Origin: Candidatus Aegiribacteria sp.
GTDB lineage: Bacteria > Fermentibacterota > Fermentibacteria > Fermentibacterales > JCC-6
Length of the DNA: 64,000 bases
Reading direction: 5' to 3'
Assembly: GCA_021108435.1 (NCBI GenBank)
Contig: JAIOQY010000209.1
Location: 3,864 to 67,863 of the forward strand
Notes under the pieces: model-generated
The model's database searches: none
Told to the model about the DNA's origin: nothing
Seen by the model: the letters and a program-made list of their open reading frames with translations, nothing else
In this document: positions 37,925-48,674 of the stretch, piece by piece
How positions within the stretch are numbered: the stretch's first letter is position 1
How the letters are laid out: every line of letters starts with the position of its first letter
Translations under genes and position numbers: made by a program

Positions 37925-38259
37925 GTAACTATATTTGAATATATGAGCAAATGTTCAAATGTCAATCTCTGTTAAGGTCAGATCTCGCAATTATGCATTA
38001 TGGGGAATGTCGAAAAGCCTCCCCGCGAAGTCGCGTTCCAGAGGAAATATTTCTACGATATTACTTTCCTTCGAAACTGCAGAGAATCGCTTCACTATTC
38101 AGTTTAATAGGTATTGACAAAAAATATCATTGGCTGTTATTATTATAAATAAGGCCGATTGGCCAGCCCTTCATTCTTCAGTGTTGCACATCATATCCAG
38201 CAGCCTTTCGGCTGTAAAAGACAGATTCATTTGTAATCTTGCTTAAAGGAGGTGCATTC

Positions 38260-40101
38260 ATGAGAATGACAGAAGTACTCATGGCTGTTCTTGTCATTAT
38301 TCCATTCTCTCTTTCCATTGCGGATTCAGCAACTCAGACAGACTGGTCTGGAGGATCCGGAGTTCCCGGACCAAACCTGGTCTGGAGTGACCAATTTTGT
38401 TCAAGTTCGGGGATTTGTCCAACTAATCCAGGTTCATTGATGCTGGGAACAAGTCCAAAAGATGAAGAGTCTCACTTTTTAGTATTGGGTAAAATGCTGA
38501 TAAGATATGCAGTTGCCTGTGATGTTAATGGTGATGGTCATATCGATGTTGCTTTCAGTGATACTCCAGTAGACTCAGTATTCTGGATGGAGAATGTTGA
38601 CGGGTCAGGTGAGCAATGGATTACTCACTCATTTCCAGTGACGTACTACGAAACATACTGCCTGGATCCAGTCGATCTGGACGCTGATGGGGATATTGAT
38701 TTCCTGATCTCATCGGGTGATGACTTCTACTACTATGAGAACCTGGATGGAGTTGGCGATTCCTGGCAGGGTTATCCAATAGCTCTTGGTTATGACTGGG
38801 CATGGAGGATAATCCATGCTGATATTGACGGAGATGACGACCTTGATGCGATTGGTTGTGCGAAGGGTCAGGGAACAGTCATTATCTTTGAGAATGTAGA
38901 TGGATTCGGACATGATTGGTCTACTGTTTATCAAACCGGATACTTCGGTTATCCAAGCTGGTTAAGGGCAGCAGATGCAGACGGGGATGGTGATACAGAT
39001 ATCTTCTGTGGGGATGGATTGCTTCCAAGTCGTCTGGGTTGGATTGAACAGGTAAATCAGGGAACCTGGACCACTCATTCTATCATTGCCGGATATCATA
39101 ACACACGATCCGGATTGCCATATGATTGGGATCTTGATGGAGATATAGATCTCCTGACTGGTTATAGCCATACTCATTTCAACCTGGAACTGTTTCTTAA
39201 TACCGATGGTTCGGCAAACAACTGGGAGCAGATGGAAATATTCGAATTATCCGGCACCTCAAAGCCAGCAGTATCAATGGATATTGATTGTGATGGCGAC
39301 ATGGATGTTCTGGGCTGTGAACGCTATCCAGATATATTGGTCTGGTACGAGAACATCAGTGGTAATGCTATGACATGGGAGCGGCACACTTTCTGGAGTG
39401 CTTCGAGTGGAATAGGATGCTGGTCTGCCGGAGATATAGATGAGAACGGTTACACGGACGCTATCAGTAGATGGGCATCCATGTCTGGTGATACTGAATT
39501 ATACTGGATTGACTTTGTCGGGCCATCTTTCGAAGGCTGGCTTGAATCCTCTATTCTTGATATCGATGAAAATCCTTATTGGGAATACATAGACTGGACT
39601 GCTGATGTTCCTGCAGGATGCGCTCTTGCATTCCTGGTTCGGTCTTCCGACGACCCGGAAGATATGGGAAACTGGTCCGACACATTAACAGCACCATGCA
39701 GCCTGGAAGGAATTCTCAACGATAACGACAGTTACTTCCAGTACAGAGTCCTTATTGAAAGGTCCGATCCATCCGTTTCACCAGCCCTTGAAGATATTAC
39801 TATTACCTGGAGTCCTACCGGAATTGCGATTGATCCAACCGTTGACGATTATATCCTTTATGGTGCTATACCAAATCCTTCAGCAGGATTGATGAAACTG
39901 GAATTTTCTATTCCGGAAACCTGCATGGTTCAATTACGCATCTTTGATATTACCGGAAGGTTAATAAGCAATCCAGTTAACAGTGAGTTCTCTGCCGGTC
40001 AGCAGGAAGTACAACTGAGTGATCTCAGACCTGGCATCTACTTCGTCAGGATGGAAGCAGGAACGTTCAGAGCAACACAGCGTTTTGTAGTAATTGAATA
40101 A
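38260..40101 (+). CDS. secreted FG-GAP/VCBS-repeat beta-propeller protein with Por/T9SS-type C-terminal domain
   Basis: Signal peptide. At least seven DxDGDGxxD repeats (DVNGDGHIDVAFSD, DLDADGDIDFLIS, DIDGDDDLDAIG, DADGDGDTDIFCG, DWDLDGDIDLLTG, DIDCDGDMDVLG). C-terminus ...IPNPSAGLMKLEF...IFDITGRLI...GIYFVRMEAGTFRATQRFVVIE. A TTGACA-N17 promoter-like element and AAAGGAGG RBS lie upstream. Confidence 0.65.
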   Translation: MRMTEVLMAVLVIIPFSLSIADSATQTDWSGGSGVPGPNLVWSDQFCSSSGICPTNPGSLMLGTSPKDEESHFLVLGKMLIRYAVACDVNGDGHIDVAFSDTPVDSVFWMENVDGSGEQWITHSFPVTYYETYCLDPVDLDADGDIDFLISSGDDFYYYENLDGVGDSWQGYPIALGYDWAWRIIHADIDGDDDLDAIGCAKGQGTVIIFENVDGFGHDWSTVYQTGYFGYPSWLRAADADGDGDTDIFCGDGLLPSRLGWIEQVNQGTWTTHSIIAGYHNTRSGLPYDWDLDGDIDLLTGYSHTHFNLELFLNTDGSANNWEQMEIFELSGTSKPAVSMDIDCDGDMDVLGCERYPDILVWYENISGNAMTWERHTFWSASSGIGCWSAGDIDENGYTDAISRWASMSGDTELYWIDFVGPSFEGWLESSILDIDENPYWEYIDWTADVPAGCALAFLVRSSDDPEDMGNWSDTLTAPCSLEGILNDNDSYFQYRVLIERSDPSVSPALEDITITWSPTGIAIDPTVDDYILYGAIPNPSAGLMKLEFSIPETCMVQLRIFDITGRLISNPVNSEFSAGQQEVQLSDLRPGIYFVRMEAGTFRATQRFVVIE

Positions 40102-40199
40102 TTGAGAATTCGGAATTGAAGGAATAACCAATTCCCTGCTGAATCTTATGTAAATTACTCACGGATAGCCTTATCAATGTATCTGAGATAAAGAACCGG

Positions 40200-42458
40200 T
40201 TACTCCTCGGATTCAGTTGATGACAGCCACTCCAGCGCTGCTTCAAGCACCTCATCACGGTCTGACTGCATACCTTCGATGGTGGGCCTGACCAGCACAT
40301 CGGGCAGTATGCCAACCCTCTGGGTCTCGCTTCTATCGGGGTTGTAGACTCCAAGACCTGAAAAACGTGTCCGTACTTCGCCAGGCAGCGACACAAACGC
40401 CACATCACCATCTGCTCCTGAGCTTGGGCTGCCGAATACCCGTGCCTGCGGCGCAAGTTTCCAGGCCATAGCAGAAAATTCGGCTAAACTCTGGGAGCCT
40501 TCATCAATAAGGATTGCGATTTTGCCTTCAAAAGCAAGGGAATCCCCTCCTCCGGCATAAACAGGTTCTGCCCAGACGAAAGTGCCGGGATTGCAGTAAT
40601 CCGAATAAGTAAAGTCAGCAAAAACTGTTTCTTCAGGTAGTATAAAATCAGCTACATCGTATATCACGAATCCACCCGGGTAATCACGAAGATCCAGAAT
40701 CAGATTGTCCGCTTTTCTCAGATCTTCCTTAATTGCATCCAATTCGTTCCATTTGAGCATAGCTGTGTATACATAAGCGGTTCCATTATCCATAATTGTG
40801 TACACACCTTCACCTACTGCCGGTGTTTCGGCCAGTTCCGGGTTCACTTCCTCCCATTCTACGCTCTGTACTGTCACAACCTGCGTGTCATCGCCCCTCT
40901 GAACAGTGAGAGTAACGGTCTCCGTATTATCACCCCTGAGCAGATTGCGGCCGAGTCTCTCGTATCGGGAGGCTTCAGTTGATCCGGTTGTATATGGATA
41001 CAGTTGCTCCACCCTTTCTGTGACAGGTTGGCCATCAACGGCAATAATCACATCGCCAAACTCAATACCGGATAAAACAGCAGACTCGTGAGTGTATCCG
41101 TCAACGACCCACTGATCTTCAATATAGACCAGACGAAGGGGAATGCAGAAATTGCCGAAAAACTCACGGAGAGCATCAGGTTCATCCACTATGATAGCGT
41201 GTGAATCGCAAATGCCTACAATGAGTTTCTGAAGGGCAAGCTGATAGGAAAGAGGATCATCAGCTTCTATGAAGGCAGGGATATATTCCCTGAGCATATC
41301 GTCCCAGTCACCGTCAATGGCATAACGGTATGGGAAGAAGTACTCAATGATCCCCCAGTATCTGTATAGAGCCAGCAACCGAAATCCTGTATCCGGTTTG
41401 TCCATATCTTCGTATTCACACTCGTTGAAGTAGGAGAATGGTTTTCCTCGGACATAGTAGTGTTCCCCCTGAAAACGCCCATTGTAGATATTCCAGAGCG
41501 AAGCTGCAAGTTCAGGATTAACTTCGGGACCGTTGATCCAATCAAGATTCGAACTCAGACGGATCTCATCAGGTGAGGGCAACGAGCATATACGAACTGA
41601 GACAGGCTCAAGACCCTCTATCAGATCCAGGAGTGATCGCTGCCTCTCAGGTTCTGTGGCAGCGTCAAGTACGTAGGGAAGAACCCGCATGAGAGCGTAG
41701 TCCCAGTTCACATCCCCCCTTCCGATTTGTGGATGGTGGTATTTCAGGAAAGCCCACACTTTCCCCAGAAGAACAAGTGACTCAAGCTGGAAGTCATTAA
41801 CTTCGGTTAATTCAAGACCCGATCCTGTGTCGAATTCATGATCCAGTTCCGCACCGGGCAGGATACGCGGCATAGCCTCGGAAACTGGCTTATCATCCAG
41901 CAGGAGTTCAAGATCATCGACCCATATCGTTCCTGTTCCGTATAGAAACACACCCAATTCCAGTTCGTAACCAAAGCGACTGTTCTCAATACTTACCTCT
42001 AATTGATGCCATTCCGTAGATCCATTAAGGTTCTCCAGATAAATGTTTTTCCTGGACTCCGGGTTACCATGCTTATCGTACAGGTAGAGATACATACCTA
42101 CATAACCGTCTTCTCGCACATTAACTGTGCGAAACCAACCACTGAGTGTAATTATTTCTTCCTCAAAAATGAAAGGGATGTAACCACCGATAAAACCGTA
42201 ATCTTCTGCCGGCTCTATGTCTATGTAGTCTATTCTGAAGGAGCGTGTCCCGCTGTAGATGATCAGGGAATCACAGCACCCGGAGTAGCCCTGACCTCCA
42301 AAGGTCCAGCTAATCGGCATCAGGCTGTCATCATCCATCACTTCGAAGCCCATATTGTCCAGAACATCCGGTTGAATCTGTTCAGCACCGACCCTGGTAA
42401 CTATCAGCATAGTACTCAGTATTGTAAGTATCCATATCTGATGTAATCCCACAAACAT
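40200..42458 (-). CDS. S41-family (C-terminal processing / tail-specific protease-like) peptidase with PDZ domain
   Basis: PDZ GIEFGDVIIAVDGQPV. Catalytic region ...ILIDEGSQSLAEFSAMAW.... 752 aa with a signal peptide. Confidence 0.7.
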   Translation of the reverse strand: MFVGLHQIWILTILSTMLIVTRVGAEQIQPDVLDNMGFEVMDDDSLMPISWTFGGQGYSGCCDSLIIYSGTRSFRIDYIDIEPAEDYGFIGGYIPFIFEEEIITLSGWFRTVNVREDGYVGMYLYLYDKHGNPESRKNIYLENLNGSTEWHQLEVSIENSRFGYELELGVFLYGTGTIWVDDLELLLDDKPVSEAMPRILPGAELDHEFDTGSGLELTEVNDFQLESLVLLGKVWAFLKYHHPQIGRGDVNWDYALMRVLPYVLDAATEPERQRSLLDLIEGLEPVSVRICSLPSPDEIRLSSNLDWINGPEVNPELAASLWNIYNGRFQGEHYYVRGKPFSYFNECEYEDMDKPDTGFRLLALYRYWGIIEYFFPYRYAIDGDWDDMLREYIPAFIEADDPLSYQLALQKLIVGICDSHAIIVDEPDALREFFGNFCIPLRLVYIEDQWVVDGYTHESAVLSGIEFGDVIIAVDGQPVTERVEQLYPYTTGSTEASRYERLGRNLLRGDNTETVTLTVQRGDDTQVVTVQSVEWEEVNPELAETPAVGEGVYTIMDNGTAYVYTAMLKWNELDAIKEDLRKADNLILDLRDYPGGFVIYDVADFILPEETVFADFTYSDYCNPGTFVWAEPVYAGGGDSLAFEGKIAILIDEGSQSLAEFSAMAWKLAPQARVFGSPSSGADGDVAFVSLPGEVRTRFSGLGVYNPDRSETQRVGILPDVLVRPTIEGMQSDRDEVLEAALEWLSSTESEE

Positions 42459-42706
42459 AAATTCCCCTCTATATGCAATTTCCGAAAATGGCCTTCATCG
42501 TATAAAATTCAGCGACAGGGACACAAAACACTGCTGGAAGTAGAATATATAACCTCCCTTTATCAGGCGCATTCTTGAATACCCGGAACTGTAAGAGGAT
42601 TCCAGGTCTTCTCTCCTCCGATTTACATTTCATGCTGGATTGCAGTATACTACTATTTGAAAAATTTTGATACCGTTAATACTTCTTACGTAAAGGGGCT
42701 TATACA

Positions 42707-43399
42707 ATGAAATATTTACTCATTCTTCTTGTTCTTTCCATTGGAGTGTTCGCTCAGGAAGTGGATACAGCACCAGCTGAGGATACCGCACCGGAGGAAA
42801 CCACTTCAGAGGTTCTGGTGCCTGATGAGGAAAGCGCCTCAGAGGTTCAGGGTTTTAACAGAGTACATGGTTCCAGGGCCAATATCTCGCCGTTCTTTCG
42901 GGTTGGGGCAGGTCTCGGTCTTCAGATACATCAGGGAGGAACATGGATTCGCGACGGAGCTCAAACCCACTGGCACGGCGGTGAGTGGGAGGGTTTCAAC
43001 GCAGGTGTGACAAACCTGTCCATGGGGGTTCTGGTAAGATCAGTGAAGTGTGCATTTACACTGGACAACACAACCGCATGGTTCAACACTCAGGGTTTCT
43101 GGGGTGACGATCCCCTCGCAGCCAGTTCAGTGACGGCTATTATGGCAACATGGTACCCGTCTGAAGCCTGGTCTGTAGGCGGAGGATTCGGTCTTTTCCT
43201 GCTTGGAACACCCTTTAACGAGTACGGCACTCTTTCAGGTCCTGCGGGTATGGCAACTTTCGGCAGGAGGGTAGCAGAGGATGTTTTTGTTGAGGGAAGG
43301 CTGTTTGTAGGTATGATCCGGCAGGATCACAGTGAGGTATCTGATACCGGACTTGTTATTGGAGCCAATGTAGTCGTAAATGCCGATATGATATTCTGA
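42707..43399 (+). CDS. secreted protein, possible outer-membrane beta-barrel (C-terminal Phe)
   Basis: Signal peptide MKYLLILLVLSIGVFA, acidic Pro/Glu/Thr linker, ends ...NADMIF. Confidence 0.4.
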   Translation: MKYLLILLVLSIGVFAQEVDTAPAEDTAPEETTSEVLVPDEESASEVQGFNRVHGSRANISPFFRVGAGLGLQIHQGGTWIRDGAQTHWHGGEWEGFNAGVTNLSMGVLVRSVKCAFTLDNTTAWFNTQGFWGDDPLAASSVTAIMATWYPSEAWSVGGGFGLFLLGTPFNEYGTLSGPAGMATFGRRVAEDVFVEGRLFVGMIRQDHSEVSDTGLVIGANVVVNADMIF

Positions 43400-43579
43400 C
43401 CTGCCAGGATTCTCGATCACTCCGGCTCGGTCGGATTGCGACCTGTTTATCCATCACCGGCTTTCTTTGGCTTATCGGTCTTGGCGGTGTGGCCGTAGTT
43501 GTCATCCTGCGCTCAAATACGGAGGATGCTAGGAATCGTTGCAAGGTCTTAATAATCTGGACGAAGACAGACACTTTCC

Positions 43580-45025
43580 TTAATCAAGAAATTCCATTAC
43601 CGATTTGAAAAATATCCAGAACCGCTGAAGCGATGAAATACTGACCTTCTCCCCTGGAATATGAACATCTCTTATATTAGGTCCCATGGAAATCATTTCC
43701 ATTCCGGCAATCCTGTCACCGATAATCCCGCATTCGAGACCGGCATGAATTGTTTCTATAACTGGTTCATTGCCTGTAACTTCCCTATAGATATTTGCTA
43801 TTTTTGTCAGCAGTGCGGAATTTGAATCGGGCATCCATCCGGGATAGGCGGAACCTGCCCTGAAATCACAGAAGGCAAGCTCAGCGATTGCTGCAGCTCT
43901 GGCGGCAAGTGCCTGTTTGGCGCTGTCCATAGGGCTTCTTGCTGCGAATTCAAGAATAAATCTGTCCTCTTTCATTGAAGCGATAGCCATGTTTACAGAG
44001 GTTTCAACAAGTCCTGGAACCACTCCACTCATTTTTTCAACTCCGTGAGGCATCGAGAGAAGCAGATTTATTATCCTGATAGTGATCTCCTGTGAAACCG
44101 GTTTTCTATCTGTTGCGGTGGACTGAAGAGTTGTTTCGATACCTTCTTCAATACCTTCATACTCTCTCTTCAGTTCTATGGTTGCCCTTTGAATTAATTC
44201 CCTGACAGCATCAACAGACTGTTTTTGAATTGAGATAACAGCTATCGCGGTTCTCGGAATGGCATTTCTTTTTGATCCGCCTTCTATATCAGCTATCAGA
44301 CAATTATGATGATTGCAGATTCTATGAAGAATTCTGCCAAGGAACCGTATTGCATTACCCCGGTTTTTATTGATCTCCATTCCGGAATGACCACCTCTGA
44401 GTCCGGTGATTTCAAGACGATAGTATTCCGCAGGTACATCCGTCCGGTCAAAATTCATGGACACTGTGAAATCAAGCCCACCGGCACAGCCAATGGTAAA
44501 AACACCTTCGTCTTCAGAATCAAGATTGATGAGACGCTTCGATGTAATCCATTCGGAATCCAGTTGAGCAGCACCAGTAAGACCTCTTTCCTCATCTGTT
44601 GTGAAGAGACACTCCAGAAAAGGATGTGAAATGTCATCAGAATCGAGAACTGCAAGCATCAGCGCTACACCGATTCCGTTATCAGCGCCAAGAGTAGTCT
44701 TTTTTGAAGTAACCCAGTCTCCGTCAATTTCCGGAATAATGGGATCGCTGGTAAAAATATGTGAACTGTCATCGGTTTTCTCAGGGACTATATCCACATG
44801 AGCCTGCAGAACGAGTGATGGATGAGAAGCTGCGTTCCCCCTTCCGGGTGAAGTTATCAGAACATTGTTAACATCGTCCCGCTTCACCGGAAGGTTCCTT
44901 TTTCCTGCAAAGTCAACAAGAAAATCAGCTATCTCTTTTTCACTGCCTGAAGGTCTGGGAATTCGGGATATTTCCTCAAACCAGAACCATATTTCTCCTG
45001 GTTCAATCTCTGAAAGTACTCGCAT
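43580..45025 (-). CDS. pepD: aminoacyl-histidine dipeptidase (M20 family, PepD)
   Basis: ...HVDIVPEK...DNGIGVALMLAV.... 481 aa, typical PepD length. Confidence 0.8.
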   Translation of the reverse strand: MRVLSEIEPGEIWFWFEEISRIPRPSGSEKEIADFLVDFAGKRNLPVKRDDVNNVLITSPGRGNAASHPSLVLQAHVDIVPEKTDDSSHIFTSDPIIPEIDGDWVTSKKTTLGADNGIGVALMLAVLDSDDISHPFLECLFTTDEERGLTGAAQLDSEWITSKRLINLDSEDEGVFTIGCAGGLDFTVSMNFDRTDVPAEYYRLEITGLRGGHSGMEINKNRGNAIRFLGRILHRICNHHNCLIADIEGGSKRNAIPRTAIAVISIQKQSVDAVRELIQRATIELKREYEGIEEGIETTLQSTATDRKPVSQEITIRIINLLLSMPHGVEKMSGVVPGLVETSVNMAIASMKEDRFILEFAARSPMDSAKQALAARAAAIAELAFCDFRAGSAYPGWMPDSNSALLTKIANIYREVTGNEPVIETIHAGLECGIIGDRIAGMEMISMGPNIRDVHIPGEKVSISSLQRFWIFFKSVMEFLD

Positions 45026-45737
45026 AAGGTTGATCCTCTCCGCTTTTCTGAAAACTACTCATAAAATAACTGAAAAATACTCTTCCTGCATCTATGTTCG
45101 GTCCATCAGCTTGAATAGTGGCAAGATCGAAACCATTCTCTTCAAGGAGCCTTCTCTCCTTAAAGAAAAGATGATTCCCATCCTTCCTTGAGAATTCAGG
45201 ATGAAATTGCAGGCTGAGAATTCTCCTGGCTTTATCCATGAAACCCTGAATTCCAGTATGTCTGCTGGTCGCAATTATTTCAGCACCGGACGGCAGAACA
45301 ACAACCTCATCAAAATGAAACTGAAAAACCCTCGAAATCGCTCTCACACCCTGGATATTCAATCCGGTTCCTGTTATTACAGCATTCCTCCAACCCGCTT
45401 CAAGTCCATTATTACATTTCCTTACAGATGATGGGCCGACCAGAACCCTGCAGAGCAGCTGATGACCGTAGCAGACACCCATTTGCGGTATTCCGTTCTC
45501 CACGCAGGAGAGAATGACTCTTTCAGCCTTTGAATAGAATTCAGCATCAGAACAGATAGACAGGCTCGAACCGGTATGCATCACATGTGTAAATACACCA
45601 GTATCAGGAATATCCTCGCGAGAGTAAACGAATACAGTTGTTGATTCGCATTCATCCGGAAGCCAGCGCCTGAAAAGAGGACCTTCAGAACGGTCTACCG
45701 AATAATCAAGAATAAGAACATTTGGAGGATGAATCAT
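45003..45737 (-). CDS. class-I glutamine amidotransferase-like protein
   Basis: ...GVCYGHQLL... GATase1 nucleophile elbow. 244 aa. Confidence 0.6.
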   Translation of the reverse strand: MIHPPNVLILDYSVDRSEGPLFRRWLPDECESTTVFVYSREDIPDTGVFTHVMHTGSSLSICSDAEFYSKAERVILSCVENGIPQMGVCYGHQLLCRVLVGPSSVRKCNNGLEAGWRNAVITGTGLNIQGVRAISRVFQFHFDEVVVLPSGAEIIATSRHTGIQGFMDKARRILSLQFHPEFSRKDGNHLFFKERRLLEENGFDLATIQADGPNIDAGRVFFSYFMSSFQKSGEDQPYASTFRD

Positions 45738-45755
45738 ATCCGTATCACTCCGGAA

Positions 45756-46184
45756 TCAGGTATTCTCAATAACGATCTTATGATTCATTTGAACACTGCA
45801 TCGAAATATGGCTGATACACCGCAATACCTGTCCTGAGAAAGAGATACAGCCCTTTCAATTTGCTTCCTCGGTAGTTTATTCCCCCTGAAGAGGTACTCA
45901 ATGTTTATGAATTTGAAAACTCTGGGATGATCCTCAGTATAGTCACCGCTGGCACTGACAGTGAGAGTATAGTTCTCAACCTTCATCTTCTTGAGAATGG
46001 ACACAACATCCATTCCGGTGCAGCCGATCAGTGCTGTTAGAAGAAGGTTTTTAGGCCTGGGACCTTTATCTTCCCCGCCGAATTCCTCAGAGCCATCAAT
46101 AACAAACCTGTGACCGTCCTGTTCAACGGAGAATGCAAGTCCTCCAAGCCACATAGCAGTGCTTACAGCCATTGATTCCTCCAT
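45756..46184 (-). CDS. OsmC/Ohr-family peroxiredoxin-like protein
   Basis: ...ALIGCTGMDVVSILKKM... and ...QDRYCGVSA... conserved Cys pair. Confidence 0.75.
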   Translation of the reverse strand: MEESMAVSTAMWLGGLAFSVEQDGHRFVIDGSEEFGGEDKGPRPKNLLLTALIGCTGMDVVSILKKMKVENYTLTVSASGDYTEDHPRVFKFINIEYLFRGNKLPRKQIERAVSLSQDRYCGVSAIFRCSVQMNHKIVIENT

Positions 46185-46323
46185 GTATCAATCCTTGTAT
46201 CGAAAAGAAGTATATAAAATAAGCATTTATAAGAGTAAGGGAAATACGAGAAAGATCGGAATATTCTGTGATTCAAATCATACCGGATTCATGACAGAAT
46301 CAGGATACCTGCTATATCGCAGT

Positions 46324-47175
46324 TCAGGGAAAGCTGCTGAATCCCATGAAATTTGACACTTTCCAGGTATCATCCTCCCGGACAAGCTTTACCTCAAAAG
46401 GAAGCTCCATCCCGGCAGAACTGACAAATGTCAGTGGAATATCAAGATTACTGCCATTTAAGGTGTATTCTCCTATCTCCATCTCGTACATCGAGTAACG
46501 AGCAATCATTATTGGGAGAGAGAGTGTGAATTCAAGATATTCCAGAGTTGACCAATCATCTATATCACTTGCTGTCGCGGTGTATCCAGCGGCAGCAAGA
46601 CGGTTCATAGTTAATTCTTCATCTCGATCAAGACTTTCCTTCAATACATCCAGCATAACATCTATGTTATCTAGTGCTTCACTTGAGACAAGAGATGAGA
46701 CAGATTCACCATCCCCCGCTTTAAGAGCTTCAAAAAACGCCTCGAGAACCGCGGTAGGGTTGTCAGGAATCAAATGTGAAGTGTCTTCGTAGTATGAGTA
46801 CTCACTAACCGATTCAGAAGATTCATCCTCATCCGGCTGTAATAATTCCTCTTCTGTCACAGATGTGTCAATGGTATCTGGAGGTGTTTCCTCTTCTGTC
46901 GCAGATGTGTCAATGGTATCTGGAGGTGTTTCCTCTTCTGTCTCAGATGTGTCAATGGTATCTGGAGGTGTTTCCTCTTCTGTCTCAGATGTGTCAATGG
47001 TATCTGGAGGTGTTTCCTCTTCTGTCTCAGATGTGTCAATGGTATCTGGAGGTGTTTCCTCTTCCGGCATAAACCCGTTGACAACAGGGTCCGGGGGTAT
47101 TTCCTCTTCTGTCTGTGCGAAAGCAACAGAAAACACTAATGCGGACGTCATTAATACTATTGCTTGATATCTCAA
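46324..47175 (-). CDS. secreted protein with five tandem 14-aa ETPPDTIDTSETEE repeats and a C-terminal domain paralogous to the lipoprotein at 63555
   Basis: Signal peptide. Repeat block. C-terminal VLEAFFEALKAGDGESVSSLVSSEALDNID... aligns with AVIEMFEAIQAGNGERAVSFMSSSALDEME... of the window-end gene. Confidence 0.55.
   Translation of the reverse strand: MRYQAIVLMTSALVFSVAFAQTEEEIPPDPVVNGFMPEEETPPDTIDTSETEEETPPDTIDTSETEEETPPDTIDTSETEEETPPDTIDTSATEEETPPDTIDTSVTEEELLQPDEDESSESVSEYSYYEDTSHLIPDNPTAVLEAFFEALKAGDGESVSSLVSSEALDNIDVMLDVLKESLDRDEELTMNRLAAAGYTATASDIDDWSTLEYLEFTLSLPIMIARYSMYEMEIGEYTLNGSNLDIPLTFVSSAGMELPFEVKLVREDDTWKVSNFMGFSSFP
46855..47064. repeat. 5 tandem copies of a 42-bp coding repeat (near-perfect)
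   Basis: Seen directly: agatgtgtcaatggtatctggaggtgtttcctcttctgtc[a/g]c repeated five times. Confidence 0.8.
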
Positions 47176-47358
47176 AAGACCCCCCTATATGTTATCACAC
47201 GTATAACACATGAAACACATAACACTATTTATAATAAAAGCAAGGGGAACAGAATGCCCGGTAAAACACCTTGTGTGTTTCTCAGATTTTCTATACCAGC
47301 TATGCCAGGAGCCTGTTGTTTCAGAGAAATCCACAGCGTTTCCGGTAAAAAGTATGGA

Positions 47359-48579
47359 CTAATTCGCTCCCCATATTTTCAGTGTTTCAAGTACAATTCT
47401 GAAGGATGCTTCAAGACCCTCTTCAGCAATCCACTCCTTCCTGGAGTGAAAGAATTCTCCTCCTGTAGGCAGATTCACAGTGGGAATACCCATGAATGAT
47501 AATCTCGACCCGTCAGTACCCCCTCTTATTGAACCTTCTTCCCCTTCAAGGACAGCTCTTTCCATTCCCTTCAGGGCGTAATCAACCGGTCTTCTGTCCT
47601 TCAGAAGAATTTCTCCGGGGTTCCGGTACTGCTCTGTAAGTTCGAGCGAGATCTCTGCACGCGGATATTTAACCTTGATCCATTTCTCGATGCTGCGCAT
47701 TCTGTTGATTCTCGTTTCCATACCTTCCCGGGTAAAATCACGAAGGATCATCTTCAATTCACCCTCTGCAGTTACAGAGGTGATGGAAAGAGGGTAGTCA
47801 TAGCCCTCCATACCTGAGCTGTTCTCAGGCATTTCTTCTGAACTGATCATCGCAACAATATCCGCCAGAATCCGGACAGAGTTGACAAGAATATCCTTTG
47901 CACTTCCAGGATGGACTTCATTCCCTTTTACTTTCCAGTCAGCTGACCATGCATTGAAGGTTTGTGTATCCACCTTTCCAATAGCACTCCCATCAACGGT
48001 ATACGCAAGATCAGCCCCGAATGTCGATATATTGAAATTGTCCATACCCCTGCCGACTTCTTCATCTGTTGTAAACGCAACCTTCAGTGGGGGTCTTGGA
48101 ATATCAGGATCTGCGATCAGACTCCTGCATATCTCCATAATGATCGCAACACCGGCTTTGTCATCAGCTCCAAGCAAGGTTGTACCATCAGATGTGATTA
48201 TTGTACCCCCGACGTACCTGATCATATCCTCGGTCTCTTCCGGATCTATGACAATATTTGATTGTAGAGTTATAGCCTTTCCGTCCCAGTCACTGTGAAG
48301 AACGGGAGATACATCTTTACCTGAGACATCAGGAGAAGTGTCTACGTGGGCGATCAGACCGATGACAGTATCACCGCTTCCCTTTCCGGGAAGAGCTGCA
48401 TATAAAGTGCCTTTTTCATCCAGTTCGATATGCTTCATACCTGTTTCCCGTAATTCACCCTCGAGCATTCTGAGAAAATCAAGCTGACATGAGGAAGACG
48501 GTGAGGAGGTGGAGGCTGGATCGGATGCAGTATTGATTCCAACGTAGCTCAGAAATCTTTCTGTTAATCGTTCAGACAT
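47359..48579 (-). CDS. pepT: peptidase T (tripeptide aminopeptidase, M20B)
   Basis: ...ERFLSYVGINTASD..., ...IAHVDTSPDVSGKDV..., ...DDKAGVAIIMEI.... Confidence 0.8.
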   Translation of the reverse strand: MSERLTERFLSYVGINTASDPASTSSPSSSCQLDFLRMLEGELRETGMKHIELDEKGTLYAALPGKGSGDTVIGLIAHVDTSPDVSGKDVSPVLHSDWDGKAITLQSNIVIDPEETEDMIRYVGGTIITSDGTTLLGADDKAGVAIIMEICRSLIADPDIPRPPLKVAFTTDEEVGRGMDNFNISTFGADLAYTVDGSAIGKVDTQTFNAWSADWKVKGNEVHPGSAKDILVNSVRILADIVAMISSEEMPENSSGMEGYDYPLSITSVTAEGELKMILRDFTREGMETRINRMRSIEKWIKVKYPRAEISLELTEQYRNPGEILLKDRRPVDYALKGMERAVLEGEEGSIRGGTDGSRLSFMGIPTVNLPTGGEFFHSRKEWIAEEGLEASFRIVLETLKIWGAN

Positions 48580-48674
48580 ATTTCTCCTTTTCATTAGCGG
48601 ATTCGATTTGGTATATATACCGAAGATTTGGATTGAGTACAGACTGAAATCCGTAAACGAGAGCAGGTGATTTT

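Noticed and set aside
43400-43579. Possible sRNA in the GC-rich convergent interval between the OMP-like gene and pepD
   Set aside because: Only a modest CATCCT/AGGATG hairpin is present, and a 72-aa minus ORF there has no features. This is insufficient evidence.
46855-47064. Possible CRISPR array, given the regular 42-bp repeats
   Set aside because: The repeats are contiguous with no spacers and are in frame within a CDS, encoding a 14-aa peptide repeat. There are no cas genes.
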